Shown here in pieces: positions 1 to 11,694 of a stretch of DNA of 51,179 bases. This stretch comes from Candidatus Altimarinota bacterium. GTDB taxonomy: Bacteria > Patescibacteriota > Gracilibacteria > BD1-5 > UBA6164. The stretch spans positions 1 through 51,179 of the forward strand of contig JAHDGX010000002.1 of the NCBI GenBank assembly GCA_020631575.1, given 5' to 3'. Under the pieces are notes generated by a model. That model was not told the origin of the DNA and searched no databases. It saw only the letters and a list, made by a program, of their open reading frames with translations. A program made the position numbers and the translations under genes. Within the stretch, counting starts at the first letter, position 1, and the number at the start of each line of letters is the position of its first letter.

Positions 1-128
1 CCTGAACCTGTAAAAAGAGTTGTAGGATCGTTTTCAGGAAGAAGTGAAGCAGATGGGACGATAGCATGTCCTTTAGATTCAAAGTATTTAAGATATTTCT
101 CTCGAAGTTGTGCTGAAGTATATTGCAT
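1..128 (-). CDS. alaS: Alanine--tRNA ligase, N-terminal fragment (runs off window)
   Basis: Translates [43 protein letters not shown], the classic AlaRS N-terminus (PSxSLxPxxDPTLLF). Confidence 0.95.
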   Translation of the reverse strand, partial: MQYTSAQLREKYLKYFESKGHAIVPSASLLPENDPTTLFTGS

Positions 129-311
129 AATTTTTATGTATTGAGTATAGGAGTTTTATTATAAAGAAATAGTAGGTATTTCAAGGTATAATTTACATAT
201 ATCTTAATTTATGAAACAATATAAAATTCTGTCAATATATATATATCGTCAAGAGGCTTAAAATATGTTATTTTTAAATAGATATTTTATTTTGCAAGCT
301 CTATAGCAATC

Positions 312-3300
312 ATGAACACGGGTCCTGAAATAGACATGTCACGACTTGAGAATTCTGAAACTGAAGCAAGTATTAGAGACGAAACAAAAGCATTGCTCCA
401 GGAAGCAATGTCTATTGTTGAAATGTCCCAAGGAACTGAAAAAGAAGAGGATTTTAAAAGAGAGTATGCTGAACTTGCTGAAGAATATAATACTCGTTTT
501 GAAGATGGAATTATAGATTCAAGTGACCTTCATGCCCTCAAGCAAGAACTAGCAGAAGTTCAGGAATGAAGAGAAATATCGTTAGTCGAACATTACATGC
601 TTGATCATATAAAAGCAACGAATGAATGAATATTGAGTGGGGATGAAAGTGTATTAGATGAAAATCTTACATGGTATGCTGATGTATTTAGTTCAGATAC
701 TTTATTTAGCCCTGCAAAAATTTGAGCAAGAGCATATATTACTTCAGGTGAATGACTCAGTGATGATAGAATGGTACACTATCATGGTAGAATAACCGAA
801 CTCCAAAATAGTAATGAATCAAAGTATACAAAATTATTTCAACTTTCTCAAATCATCTATGATGTATCAATGGAATGAAACATGTGAGGTGGTATGATGG
901 AATCAGCTCATAATAACGCAACTCGAGAGCTCATTAAACAAGTAATTGGAAACTCTGAGCAAAATTTAGCCGTATGATATACTCAAGAAAGATGATATTA
1001 CACTGTTGAATGATCAAATATTGATACTTCAAATGACATGGAGGTAGGAACATACCTTTGCTCGCTCAATAAATCATGAAAACTTACAAAAGAAAACCTA
1101 CTTACACCTAATGGTCCATTTTCTCCGAATGATCTTTTTGATCTCATAAATAAATTTGAAAGCTGAGTATTTTGAGGTCCAGAAGTTCAAGGACTGTTTA
1201 TATGATATCTTGATGGTTTTGAAGATAACATGAATGCAATTGCAGAAAATTATCTGGCAAATGAACAAAACTGAGCTCACATTATAGCATTTTTAAATGC
1301 CCAAGAAACTTCTGGTAATGATCATCCTCTTGTTAATGAAAATAATATTTGAGATATATTTACTGCCACTGAGGATACTGATATCAGTTCCCTAGAAAAC
1401 GAACAATTACGACAAGTTCTTCTTCAAGAAAGAAGAATGATAGCAGCTCAAGCACTAATAAATGAGATTCTTTGAATATATGAGTGAGGTCCAGAGATTA
1501 GAAATGAACTTACAATGATTATCGAAGGTTCTGCGAGATGAGAACATAGTATGTTCGGTTTTACAAGGGTAAACGAAATAATATCAGAGTATAATGCAAG
1601 TGTATGAGACAATGAAAAACAATTTACTCTCATCGAGTGAGACCTTAAAGATACTATTGATAGAACTATATCATCATTTGATGAGGCTCATATGGCTGCA
1701 CAAAGCTATATGTCTACCCTCACGGAATTAGAAAATATAAAGGCCCAGGGAGAAGAGAAAGCTGAAGAACTTCAATCTTTACAAGCTGAACTCATACAGG
1801 CTGTAAACCAAGTTCCTATCGATCAAGCTAAAGTAGAAGAATTACAGGAACAAGTGCGAGCACTTAGGTTTGCTAGTTTTTATACAGAGATGCAAGCGTC
1901 CCAAGTAGAAGCAGAAGTTGAAGCTCAAAGAAGAAAATCTGAAGAAAGTACACATGAGGTTGAGAGAGTTGTGAGTGAATTTGACAGATACTCTACATTA
2001 TTTCGTAGAGAAAGTATAGATGAGGTATCAAAGTCACAAGAATCATTTAATTTATTAATCTCATCTGTACGTTCATCATCTGATATTACATATCTGTATA
2101 ATAATCATTCTGACTACTTTACCAATGTACATTTATATATGTTACATAAAGATGTTCGTTCTGATTTAGATGTAATTAGATGATTCCCTAATCTTCTAAG
2201 AAAAGAAGACTTACACTCAATAGACTCATGATTCTATCAAGAAAGTGAGCATATCTGATACCTCATTGAAGAAGCAGTTGAACATAGCCAATGAATGGCA
2301 AGCAAAATACAGTTTATACTTCTAAGGAATTACGAAGCAAATAGTGAAGATGTAGCTGCAAGTATTAGTCAAATACAATGGGTGCTTCAATACTCTAATT
2401 TAACAATGCAACAAAAGGAATATGTAAGAAATAATATCCCTACTGTGCTTATCAGGGCTGATGAAGAAAATGCACTTCAAATACCAGATAGACCAGAAAG
2501 AATTTCAACAATAAGTCTTGAAGAATTTAGTATACTATCTGTGAAATTAGAAGATTCTCAAACATTGACACTATCTGAGAGAAAGGACTTTGATATATAT
2601 ATTGGTAAGTACGGATTGCATCAAAATAAAAGCTCCGTTATAAATTTTATTTCTCAATGATATTTTGATTGAGCATCTGAAATACAGAGACTTGTAAATA
2701 GTGATTTTATTTCAAAACTAAGTGATAGGCATGAATCATCAGAATATTATCAAGTAGCTCTAAATAGTAACTTAGCAAACATAGTATACTTAAATCAAAG
2801 GTGTAGGAATGATTATTTAAGCCTACAAATAATCATTGAAAAATCCAACAATGAAGAAGAGCTAGTAAAATATTTACAATATACAGAAATTGGGAATGCT
2901 TGAGATTTTATACTGGTATTTAACTGACTAACAAGAAAACTATGATCAGAGGCAGCTGCAAGAAATGTAATCGGAAGTATGCCACGATTTTATAGTTCTA
3001 TCCAATCATTATATGAAAGTGAGTCAACCAACGAAGAAGATAAGCAAACGATGTGAAAGATACTCGAAATATATGCTCTTATAAAAGAGGGGTATATACT
3101 ATGAAGTGAAAATATGGAACGAGCATTAAACCAGTGACATCATGAGAGGCTCGTGATTAGATGATGAGAAAATATTCTATCAGAAATGCTATGAAGAAAT
3201 GTAAATGAGCGTGAAAAAAGTATAATAAAAGGTATATTAACCGTAGACGAGCCTAGTAGTCTAGACCTAAGAAACATCATAAGTATCTTCTGAGAAAGTG

Positions 3301-4433
3301 ATGAATGAGAAGCCCAAGCTAAAGAATTCTTAGAAAGAATAGCTAGTATGAGACTAGACGAAATATTTGCTGAAGTGGATAGGCTCCTTCTGGAGATACA
3401 ACCTGCTGAATCAAATACTGAAGAGTTTAAAAATTATTTTTCGAATGGAGCTCTAGACAGAGATGTATTTATAGCTTCATTAAATCAGTATATAAGTGAT
3501 ACTACTCTAGAAAAAACTGATAATGAAAATCAGAAAGAATATGAGTTAAGGGTCCGAAATGCATTTATAAGTCAATTTTGACTTTCTCAAGAACAAGCTA
3601 AAAATATTTCAAGAATATTAGAGTTAGAAAGTAATGCGGTTAACTGGAGTATACTTTTATCAAATAGTGAAACAGCAGCTCGTTGAGAAAGAGTTGATTA
3701 TCAAGCTGAACGTAGTAAGCGTCGAAGTAATGGAACTCTATATTTAACTCCATGAGAAAGAGGGTGAAGTGAAAGATTTAACTATGAAACCTGAGAATTA
3801 GAGCCAAACCCCAACTACCAACCACCTGAGGCTCCAGAAAACGATAACTCTCAAACTCCTCTACCAACAGAAAATTGATGAGAAACACCAATTTCAAATA
3901 ATTTTGAATATAGACTCTCATGAAGTAGAGATAATCCTGTAATTGAAAGCTGAGATAGTGTTATACCTATTTCTGAGCAGGAAGCTGAGCTTATCGAAAG
4001 TAATCCTGAAGCCGCAAAAAACATTATAAATATGTATGAATTCTTTAAAGATCTTAATTTACTTTGAGTCTGGGAATACAGAGAAGAGCTTGTCACAGCT
4101 GTATGAGAAGTGAGTATAAACCTAGAGGATGATTCTCTGAGAGAAGATGAACTACTACGTTTTGGGAGAAAAATACTTATTTTGGTACAAAATGTAGAAC
4201 AAGATCAAGCACAAACAGAGTGAAGAGAAGCAAATACAATAAATACTGAGGTATCAAGCCTTGATTCTCTTAATTACCAATTATCAAGATTTAGTGGATC
4301 AAGAGAACTTTGGTGAGACGATCGATCATTCAATACCTACTGAGAAGATAGGTTTGAATCTTGGATGAGAAGTTATTGAATCATTTGAGGTATTACATTT
4401 CACACCAATAGAGTCAGAGAAATGATGAAATAA
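312..4433 (+). CDS. Large (~1373 aa) acidic, helical hypothetical protein
   Basis: Track fragments at 312, 1692, 2295 and 3348 share one frame and each ends at TGA(Gly). The frame closes at TAA 4431-4433, followed by a terminator. No family recognised. Confidence 0.8.
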
Positions 4434-4457
4434 AAAAATCCCTTTCGGGATTTTTTT
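4432..4457. terminator. Bidirectional intrinsic terminator between convergent genes
   Basis: AAAAAAATCCC-TTTC-GGGATTTTTTT hairpin with A/T tails. Confidence 0.85.
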
Positions 4458-7014
4458 ATTTCTTTTGGGTATCAAGCATTTCTTCGTCTTCGCTTTCACG
4501 AATAATACTTGCTCTCACTATCTCATCTGACTTATTTTTCAGCTTCGTAAGTATCACTCATTGTGTTACTCTTGAAGTTTTCCTAACTCATTTCAGATTA
4601 AGCCGTATAGTCTGACCAGCTTTTGATATAAGGAGTATATCACTCTCTTTTCTATCCTGCTCTGTGAGAATCTTCGCAGAAACAAGTTTTCCTGTTTTTG
4701 GAGTCACAGCCATTGCTTTTACTCAAGCCCCTCATCTTTTTTGGTTCCTATATTCTTCTATATCTGAGATTTTCCCAAGACCGTTTTTCGTAACGATAAA
4801 TACAAATTTATTATCATCTCATACTACTGCAACCTCTATAACATGATCATCTTTCTTGAGAGCAATTCATTTCACACCAGCTGCAGCTCTTCCCATTGCT
4901 CGAACATCTTCTTCATGAAATTGAATAGCTTTTCCTTCACGAGTTGCAATGAAAATACTATCATGTCCCGTTGTTGTTTTTACCCATTTAAGTTCGTCCC
5001 CTTCTTTTACCCCTACTACCTTGAGACCATTTGCTCTAATATTTCGTACTTGATCCATTTCAAGCTTTTTTACGATTCACATTCGAGAAACAAAGAAGAG
5101 ATATTTGTTTTCTTCTCTTGTTATATCAAGAATAGCTGAAATTTCTTCTCCTTTTTGAAGGTTGAGAAGATTCACAATCGCTTGCCCTTTTGCAATTCTC
5201 GTTGTTTCTGGAATCTCATAAGCTGGAAGAGTAAACACGCGTCCTTGACTCGTAAAGAATAAAAGATCTGCATGATTTGTAGTTGGAACTACGAGATAGA
5301 TTTCATCATCTTCTTTTGTTGCCGTGGTGATTCATTTTCCTCCTCGTCTTTGCGTTCTAAAAGCCGAAGATTTCAGTCTTTTTACGTAATTATTTTTTGT
5401 AAGAACGATTACTACATCCTCATTTGGTATAGTATCTTTTGCGTTAAATTCCCCAACCTTTCAGGCATTTACGGCTGTTCTTCTCTCATCACCAAATGAT
5501 TCATTTATCACATCAAGCTCTCCATCAATAATCGAGATGATTCTCTCTGGTTTTGCGAGAATATCCTCAAGATCAGCGATGAGAAGAAGTTTTTCTGCGA
5601 GTTCATCTTCTACTTTCTTTCTTTCAAGACCTGCTAGTTTTTGGAGTCTCATCTCTAGAATCGCGTCAGCTTGAAGCTGTGAGAGATCAAACTGAGACAT
5701 AAGGTTTACTCTCGCTTCGTCTCTTGTTTCACTTGCTCTGATGGTCTTAATAACTTCATCAATATGATCGAGGGCTTTTTTAAGTCCCTCTAGTATATGA
5801 GCTCTCGCTGCTGCTATTTTTAGTTCATACTGTGTTCTTCTCGTTACAACCTCTTTTCTGTGGTCGATAAACTCAAGAAGCATTTCTTTGAGGTTGTAAA
5901 GCTTTGGTTGTACTCATCTATCTCCAAGAGCAATCATGTTATACCCAAAACTTGTTTGAAGCTGAGTAAGCTTATAGAGTTGGTTAAGAACCTTCTTAGG
6001 AAAAGAATCTTTTTTGAGTTCTACGATCACTCTCACTCCATCATTGTTACTCGATTCATCACGAATATCTGAGATCCCAACTATTTTTTTATCTCTCACA
6101 AGATCAGCCATCTTTTCAATAAAAGTAGCCTTATTCATTCCGTATGGGACCTCTGAGATATGGATAAATTTTTTCCCTTTCTTTCCTTCTTCAATATTTG
6201 CCACTCATCTTACTACAACTGATCCTCGACCAGTAGAGTATGCTGTAAGAAGCGCTTCTTTATCGTAGACAATACCTCCTGTTGGAAAGTCTGGACCTTT
6301 GATAAATTCCATTAAATCCTCTACCGTTGTTTCTCCGACACTTGGATGGAGTAGTAAAAATTTTACAGCAGCAATAAGTTCTCCAAGATTATGAGGAGGA
6401 ATATTTGTAGCCATACCTACCGCAATACCCATAACTCAACTCATAAGAAGATTTGGAATGCGTGCCGGCATAACTGATGGCTCCTGACGAGTCGTATCAA
6501 AGTTATCTCTGAAGTCTACGGTTTCTTTTTCGATATCGCTGAGCATTTGCTCTGCAATCTTTGTCATTTTCGCTTCCGTATATCTGTAGGCTGCAGCTCC
6601 ATCACCATCCATAGAACCAAAGTTCCCTTGCCCATCTACGAGAGGGTATCTGAGGGAGAAATCCTGAGCCATACGAACCATTGCTTCATACACAGAGCTG
6701 TCACCATGTGGATGGTACTTACCGAGCACATCCCCGACAACAGTAGCAGATTTCCTATACTTCGCGCTTGGTCTGAGTCCCTGTTCATGCATAGAGTAGA
6801 GTATACGTCTATGAACTGGTTTAAAACCATCTCTTATATCTGGAAGAGCACGCGATACAATAACACTCATCGCATATTCCATATAACAGCTTTCCATCTC
6901 ATCTGAGATACTTCTTGCACTATCTCCGTCATAACTTACTCCTGTATCTATTGGGAGTGCTAGTTCATTGTTTTCTTCATTATCTTCTCCAGGTACATTT
7001 TCATTTTCGCTCAT
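4456..7014 (-). CDS. gyrA: DNA gyrase subunit A (852 aa)
   Basis: [40 protein letters not shown] (catalytic Tyr), GyrA-box QRRGGKG (last G is TGA) and C-terminal pinwheel repeats, in one frame with TGA=Gly. Confidence 0.98.
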
Positions 7015-7063
7015 GTATTTTTAGCTAAAAAATAAAGTCGTGAACATCACGAAATATACCTAA

Positions 7064-7091
7064 AATATACTGAATATAGAGCGATAATCAA
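7064..7091 (-). promoter_or_regulatory. Putative sigma70 promoter of gyrA
   Basis: TTGATT-16 bp-TATATT upstream of the ATG at 7014. Confidence 0.55.
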
Positions 7092-7188
7092 GGAAAATAC
7101 ACAGAAAGAATGGTAAAATAGTGTAAAGTAGTTTGACATTTTATTTATTTTAAATATAAATATTTTAATTACTTATTAAGATGTTAAT

Positions 7189-7761
7189 GTGAAAAGTACC
7201 CTTACTTGATTGTCTGCTGCCTTAGCTATCCAAGCATGAGCAGCTTATGCAGATAATCAATCACCAAAAATATTAGAACTTCCTGAGTTTTGTGGAGCAA
7301 CACAAATAGGAGTTCAAACCATTGTAAATTGCGCTCAAGAATCTGATTTACCAAAACTTGATTATGAAGCTACTTGAGATATATCAGCCCACGTAACTTG
7401 AGATACTGTAGACATGATTCTTCAATGAATGCCATTTTTTATTCAAGATTGAGATGCTATAATGCTCGATGCTGATTGAAACGGTACTAACGATACTGAA
7501 ATTGGAATTCAAGATTGAGAAGCTTACATAAAAACCAACTGATCATATGGCACCATTAATGAGCAATTTGACTGTATAGCATCTACAGGATTTGATTGAA
7601 GGACACTAGTATGTAAAGCTTGAGTACAAGTTCCTCTCTACCCATATAACTGTATTACAGGCTTGAATGATCAATGAACTCTCATTCTAGGTGGTAATTC
7701 GACTGAAGTATTTAAAGAAGAAAATTATTCCTTGTGCATAGATGAGTCAGAATCCTTATAA
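7189..7761 (+). CDS. Secreted hypothetical protein (~190 aa; absent from ORF track)
   Basis: GTG start, MKSTLTGLSAALAIQAGAAYA-D signal peptide with AxA site, open to TAA 7759-7761 in code 25. Confidence 0.75.
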
Positions 7762-7777
7762 ATCATTATAAGGTACT

Positions 7778-8167
7778 ATGAATAAACTATTATGAATGCT
7801 TGCTCTGGTTTGAACTCTCTCTGGATGTGGGGAAAAAGAAGCTACAACATGATACGTACCAGTTCCAATTACTCCAGAGTGAGTAAAGCTATATGATTTC
7901 CATATAGATTGAATACGTGAATGTACTGCTGGTGAAATATGACGTATACTTGTTGTTGCTTGTAAAGGAAAGTGAAATATAGAATTACAATGAAATATAT
8001 GAAACCTTGTAAAAGAATGTGCTCCATTCTGAGGTCAGGCTAGGTTATGTGCATACGAGGGATCACTCGAAGACCTCTCAAAAGAGTACACACTTACACA
8101 GCAGAAAAATTCCTCAAGAGAAAACATAAATCCAAATTCTGAAGACTGGTGAAGATGGTGACAATAA
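7778..8167 (+). CDS. Lipoprotein (129 aa, Cys-containing; absent from ORF track)
   Basis: MNKLLGMLALVGTLSG-C lipobox; open in code 25 to TAA 8165-8167. Confidence 0.75.
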
Positions 8168-8185
8168 AGAAGTGAATCTTGCCCT

Positions 8186-8223
8186 AAAATACTTTCTCCT
8201 TAGAATAAGAGAAAGTATTTTTT
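8186..8223 (+). terminator. Intrinsic terminator
   Basis: AAAATACTTTCTC...GAGAAAGTATTTTTT inverted repeat plus T-tract. Confidence 0.75.
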
Positions 8224-8234
8224 AATACAAATAA

Positions 8235-9416
8235 ATGAAAGCAATTATCTTAGCATCTGGAGAATGATCGAGGCTCAGGCCATTAACTGACACAACTCCA
8301 AAACCATTGATTAAAATTCTTGGGAAAAGTATCATTGAGTATAACCTCGAGCTGCTCAGGGATTTTGTAGATGAGTGCATAATTATAGTACGTTATAAAT
8401 CTGAACAATTTGAGGAGCTCATTTGAGATGAATATATGGGAATGAAAGTATCTTACCACAAACAGTGAGAAAAGACTGGTACTGCTGCAGCAATAGAAGA
8501 TATAGAAGTTAACACTAATGACAAACTCCTTATCCTCTACTGAGATTCTATATACCCAAAAGGAGATATTAAAAATATCATTCTCTCACATGAATATGGT
8601 TGTCTTGTAAAAGAGGTTCAGAATCCCGAAGCGTATGGGATATTTGAGCAGAAAGATTGACTCGCTACAAGAGTCATCGAGAAACCAACACAAGACGTAT
8701 GAAACCTAGCAAATATGGGATGATTCTTCGTTTCCTGAGAGCTTATAGAACTCTGTAAGTGAGTAGAGCCTTCACAAAGATGAGAATACGAAATCACTGA
8801 TGCTATCAATACATATGTAATGAAGTATCCATTTAGACTTCATAAGCTTACGGGAGAAATACTTGATATTTGATATCCATGGAATCTTTTAGATGCAAAT
8901 AATATCTTTCTTTCAGATATAGAGGAAAGCGATATAAAGTGAAGTATTGAAGAAAATGTACATATACATGGACACATTATCCTCGAAGAGTGAGCTATCA
9001 TAAAATCAGGAACATATATAGAATGAAACTGTTATTTTGGAAAAAATACTATCATATGACCGAACGCATATGTGAGATGAAACACTTCTCTGTGAGATAA
9101 TTCTAAAATTTGATTCTCTGTTGAGGTCAAAAATAGTTATATCTGAGAAAACACTAAAATATCTCATCTCTCGTATCTCTGAGATAGTATAGTAGGAAAT
9201 AATGTGAACCTTGGTTGTGGATTCAAAGTTGCGAACCTCAGACATGATGGGAAAAATATGCGTACAATGGTAAAATGAGAACTCATAGATACAGGAAAGA
9301 GAAAACTAGGGTGTATTGTATGAGATAACACTATGGCTGGTATCAACACGCAGGTATATCCAGGTAGAGTTCTCAGTACATGAACAGCTACCATTCCATG
9401 AGAAACAGTAAAATAA
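8235..9416 (+). CDS. glmU: Bifunctional sugar-1-phosphate nucleotidylyltransferase/acetyltransferase (archaeal-type GlmU), 393 aa
   Basis: MKAIILASGEGSRLRPLTDTTPKP NTP-transferase motif, RGEYEITD, hexapeptide repeats, HLSYLGDS and ANLRHDGK...GKRKLGCIVGD tail. Confidence 0.85.
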
Positions 9417-9424
9417 CTATATAA

Positions 9425-9458
9425 AATAAAAAAGTTCGGTAAACCGAACTTTTTTATT
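9425..9458 (+). terminator. Intrinsic terminator
   Basis: AATAAAAAAGTTCGG-TAAA-CCGAACTTTTTTATT. Confidence 0.85.
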
Positions 9459-9484
9459 GACTCTCAAAATTTCATTCATATACT
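9457..9484 (+). promoter_or_regulatory. Putative sigma70 promoter
   Basis: TTGACT-16 bp-TATACT upstream of the 9516 ORF. Confidence 0.6.
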
Positions 9485-9515
9485 CTGTAAACATTAATAA
9501 ATAATTCATGTTTAC

Positions 9516-9758
9516 ATGTTAGACGGAGTACCACAATTATGACAAAAATCATGTCCCGTAGAAGATGGAAGATTTCAATTCTTAACAAAAAAAGAGGTAG
9601 AAGTATGAGAAACCGCTAAATCTCTAAAGACTTGGGTAGAAGAAGGATTTAATATGATAGATTTCCCATTCCCTAAATGATTAGATATAGATTGTAATAC
9701 AGCTCGAGAGATATTAGCTAGAGCTTGATTGCTTAGAACAAAAAGAATAGATTCATAA
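9516..9758 (+). CDS. Small hypothetical protein (80 aa; absent from ORF track)
   Basis: MLDGVPQLGQKSCPVEDGRFQFL...RTKRIDS, open in code 25, with its own promoter-like element and terminator. Confidence 0.65.
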
Positions 9759-9788
9759 AAAGACTCAGATTAATCTGAGTCTTTTTTT
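9757..9788. terminator. Bidirectional intrinsic terminator
   Basis: AAAAAAGACTCAGATTAATCTGAGTCTTTTTT palindrome between the ORF and the convergent tRNA. Confidence 0.8.
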
Positions 9789-9799
9789 AATTGATTTAC

Positions 9800-9875
9800 T
9801 GGAGCCACTAATGGGACTTGAACCCATGACCTCTCCCTTACCATGGGAACGCTCTACCAGCTGAGCTATAGTGGC
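9800..9875 (-). tRNA. tRNA-Thr(GGT)
   Basis: GCCACTATAGCTCAGCTGGTAGAGCG-TTCCC-ATGGTAA-GGGAG-AGGTCATGGGTTCAAGTCCCATTAGTGGCTCCA: 76-nt cloverleaf, anticodon GGT, encoded CCA. Confidence 0.96.
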
Positions 9876-9880
9876 AAAAG

Positions 9881-9915
9881 AAAAAGTGCTATCTACTTCT
9901 AGATAACACTTTTTT
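9881..9915 (-). terminator. Hairpin/terminator between rpmA and tRNA-Thr
   Basis: AAAAAGTGcTATCT...AGATAaCACTTTTT inverted repeat. Confidence 0.55.
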
Positions 9916-9928
9916 TAGAAGTATCGTA

Positions 9929-10201
9929 TTATACTACTGATACATATGTATCCTTATATACTCTTCCATCAAATCTTTTTCTTTTCTTTTCAAAGAATTT
10001 TACTGTTCCTTCTTTTTCAGCGTAGAGAGTAAAATCAGAACCTTGTCCTACTCCTTCTGCTGGCCAATATTTGTTTCCTTTTTGTCTTAAGATGATTCCT
10101 CCAGCTGTAACTGGTTGTTCTCCAAAGACTTTTACTCATAAACGTTTGGCATTACTATCACGACCATTATTCGTGGATCATTGAGCTTTCTTGTGAGCCA
10201 T
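9929..10201 (-). CDS. rpmA: 50S ribosomal protein L27
   Basis: MAHKKAQGSTNNGRDSNAKRLGVK (two Gly = TGA)...GGIILRQKG. Confidence 0.97.
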
Positions 10202-10237
10202 AATTGTTTTTTTATGAAATAATTATAATTTTTTATA

Positions 10238-10678
10238 CTATCTATTAGCAAATCTTGCGAAAGCTTTGTTTGCTTCAGCCATCTTATAAACATCTAGTTT
10301 CTTTTTAAATGCATTCCCTGATTCATTTGCAGCTTCAATAAGTTCAGCAGCAAGAAATTTTGAGAAATCAGCACCTTTTTTACTTCTTGCTGAAGCGATA
10401 ATCCATTTAGCAGCAAGAAATAGTTGTCTTTTAGGTTTTACCTCAGAAGGAACTTGAAATACAGATCCTCCGACTCTTTTCGCACGAACCTCAATTCGTG
10501 GCATAATGTTTTCAAGAGCTTTGAAAAAGATTCCTTCAGGATTTTTTTGTCCTTTTGCTTTAATCTCTTCAAATGTATCTTGCATAATTCTCTTAGCAAG
10601 AGCTTTTTTACCATCAAGCATAACATAGTTCGTAAATTTTACGATCATGTCAGCATTATTTTTTTCTGGTAGTGCCAT
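10238..10678 (-). CDS. rpsG: 30S ribosomal protein S7
   Basis: KFTNYVMLDGKK, RVGGSVFQVP, KMAEANKAFA. Confidence 0.97.
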   Translation of the reverse strand: MALPEKNNADMIVKFTNYVMLDGKKALAKRIMQDTFEEIKAKGQKNPEGIFFKALENIMPRIEVRAKRVGGSVFQVPSEVKPKRQLFLAAKWIIASARSKKGADFSKFLAAELIEAANESGNAFKKKLDVYKMAEANKAFARFANR

Positions 10679-10836
10679 AGTTATAATGCAATAAGCAAGT
10701 AAAATAATTTATGATAGGACATATTTTCAGTTATTGCCAAACTTACTCCTCATCATAAAAGTTTCATAGATATACTATGAAGCAAAGAGTGATGAAATCC
10801 TATACATTTCATCATCCTCGTGCCTCACAATATATA

Positions 10837-11259
10837 CTAGTTTTTTGGTTTTTTCGCTCCGTAGAGTGATCTTCCTTGTTTTCTATCTTTTACTCCTTCA
10901 CAGTCGAGTACTCATCTTACTACGTGGTATTTTACCCCAGGTAAATCTTTTACCCTCCCTCCTCTAATAGCAACTACAGAGTGCTCTTGAAGATTATGTC
11001 CTTCACCACCAATATAAGCATTTACTTCGTATCCGTTAGTAAGTCTTACTTTTGCTACTTTACGTAGGGCAGAGTTAGGTTTTTTAGGAGTCATAGTTGT
11101 AACTTTTGTACAAACACCTCTTTTCATAGAACATCCTTTAGGAAGTTCAACGATTTTCCCTTTTTTAATTGAATTCTTAATAACCTGAAGTGCAGGAGAT
11201 TTAGATTTTTTTACTTTATTTTTTCTCGGTTTTTTTACGAGTTGACTAATAGTAGGCAT
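10837..11259 (-). CDS. rpsL: 30S ribosomal protein S12
   Basis: [38 protein letters not shown](TGA)-VLD...[10 protein letters not shown]. Confidence 0.98.
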
Positions 11260-11286
11260 TTTTTAAGTAATTGATAAATAAAAATA

Positions 11287-11679
11287 TTAACGTTTTGACC
11301 AAGATGGAGATTTTCTCGCTTTCTTGAGTCCTGGTTTCTTTCTTTCAACTTTTCTTGCATCTCTTGTAAGATGTCCAGCTGCTTTAAGAACGGTTCTGTT
11401 TCCAGGATCTTTTTCTGCAAGTGCTCTTGATAATCCGTGAGCAATAGCAGCAGCTTGAGAGCTTTCACCTGATCATTGTACTTCTACTGTAAAGTAGGTT
11501 TTATCATCAAGTTTGCAAAGTTTTAGTGGAGCGAAGATAGTTTCAAAAAGATCCTTTCTTGCTACGTATTCTCCAAGAGGACGACCGTTAATAGTAGAGT
11601 CACCTTTCCCTTCAAATAGTTTTACTTGAGCCGAAGCTGTTTTCTTTTTCCCAAGTGAATATGTATAGGTTTGAGCCAT
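11287..11679 (-). CDS. rpsI: 30S ribosomal protein S9
   Basis: [37 protein letters not shown]-terminus. Confidence 0.97.
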
Positions 11680-11694
11680 GGTAAAAGTTATAAA

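Noticed and set aside
9760..9875. Prophage or island integrated at tRNA-Thr
   Set aside because: No integrase, no duplicated tRNA 3' end noticed, and flanking genes include housekeeping loci.
10837..11259. TGA as Trp (code 4) or selenocysteine
   Set aside because: TGA aligns with conserved Gly (e.g. RG.LD in S12), and conserved Trp residues use TGG.
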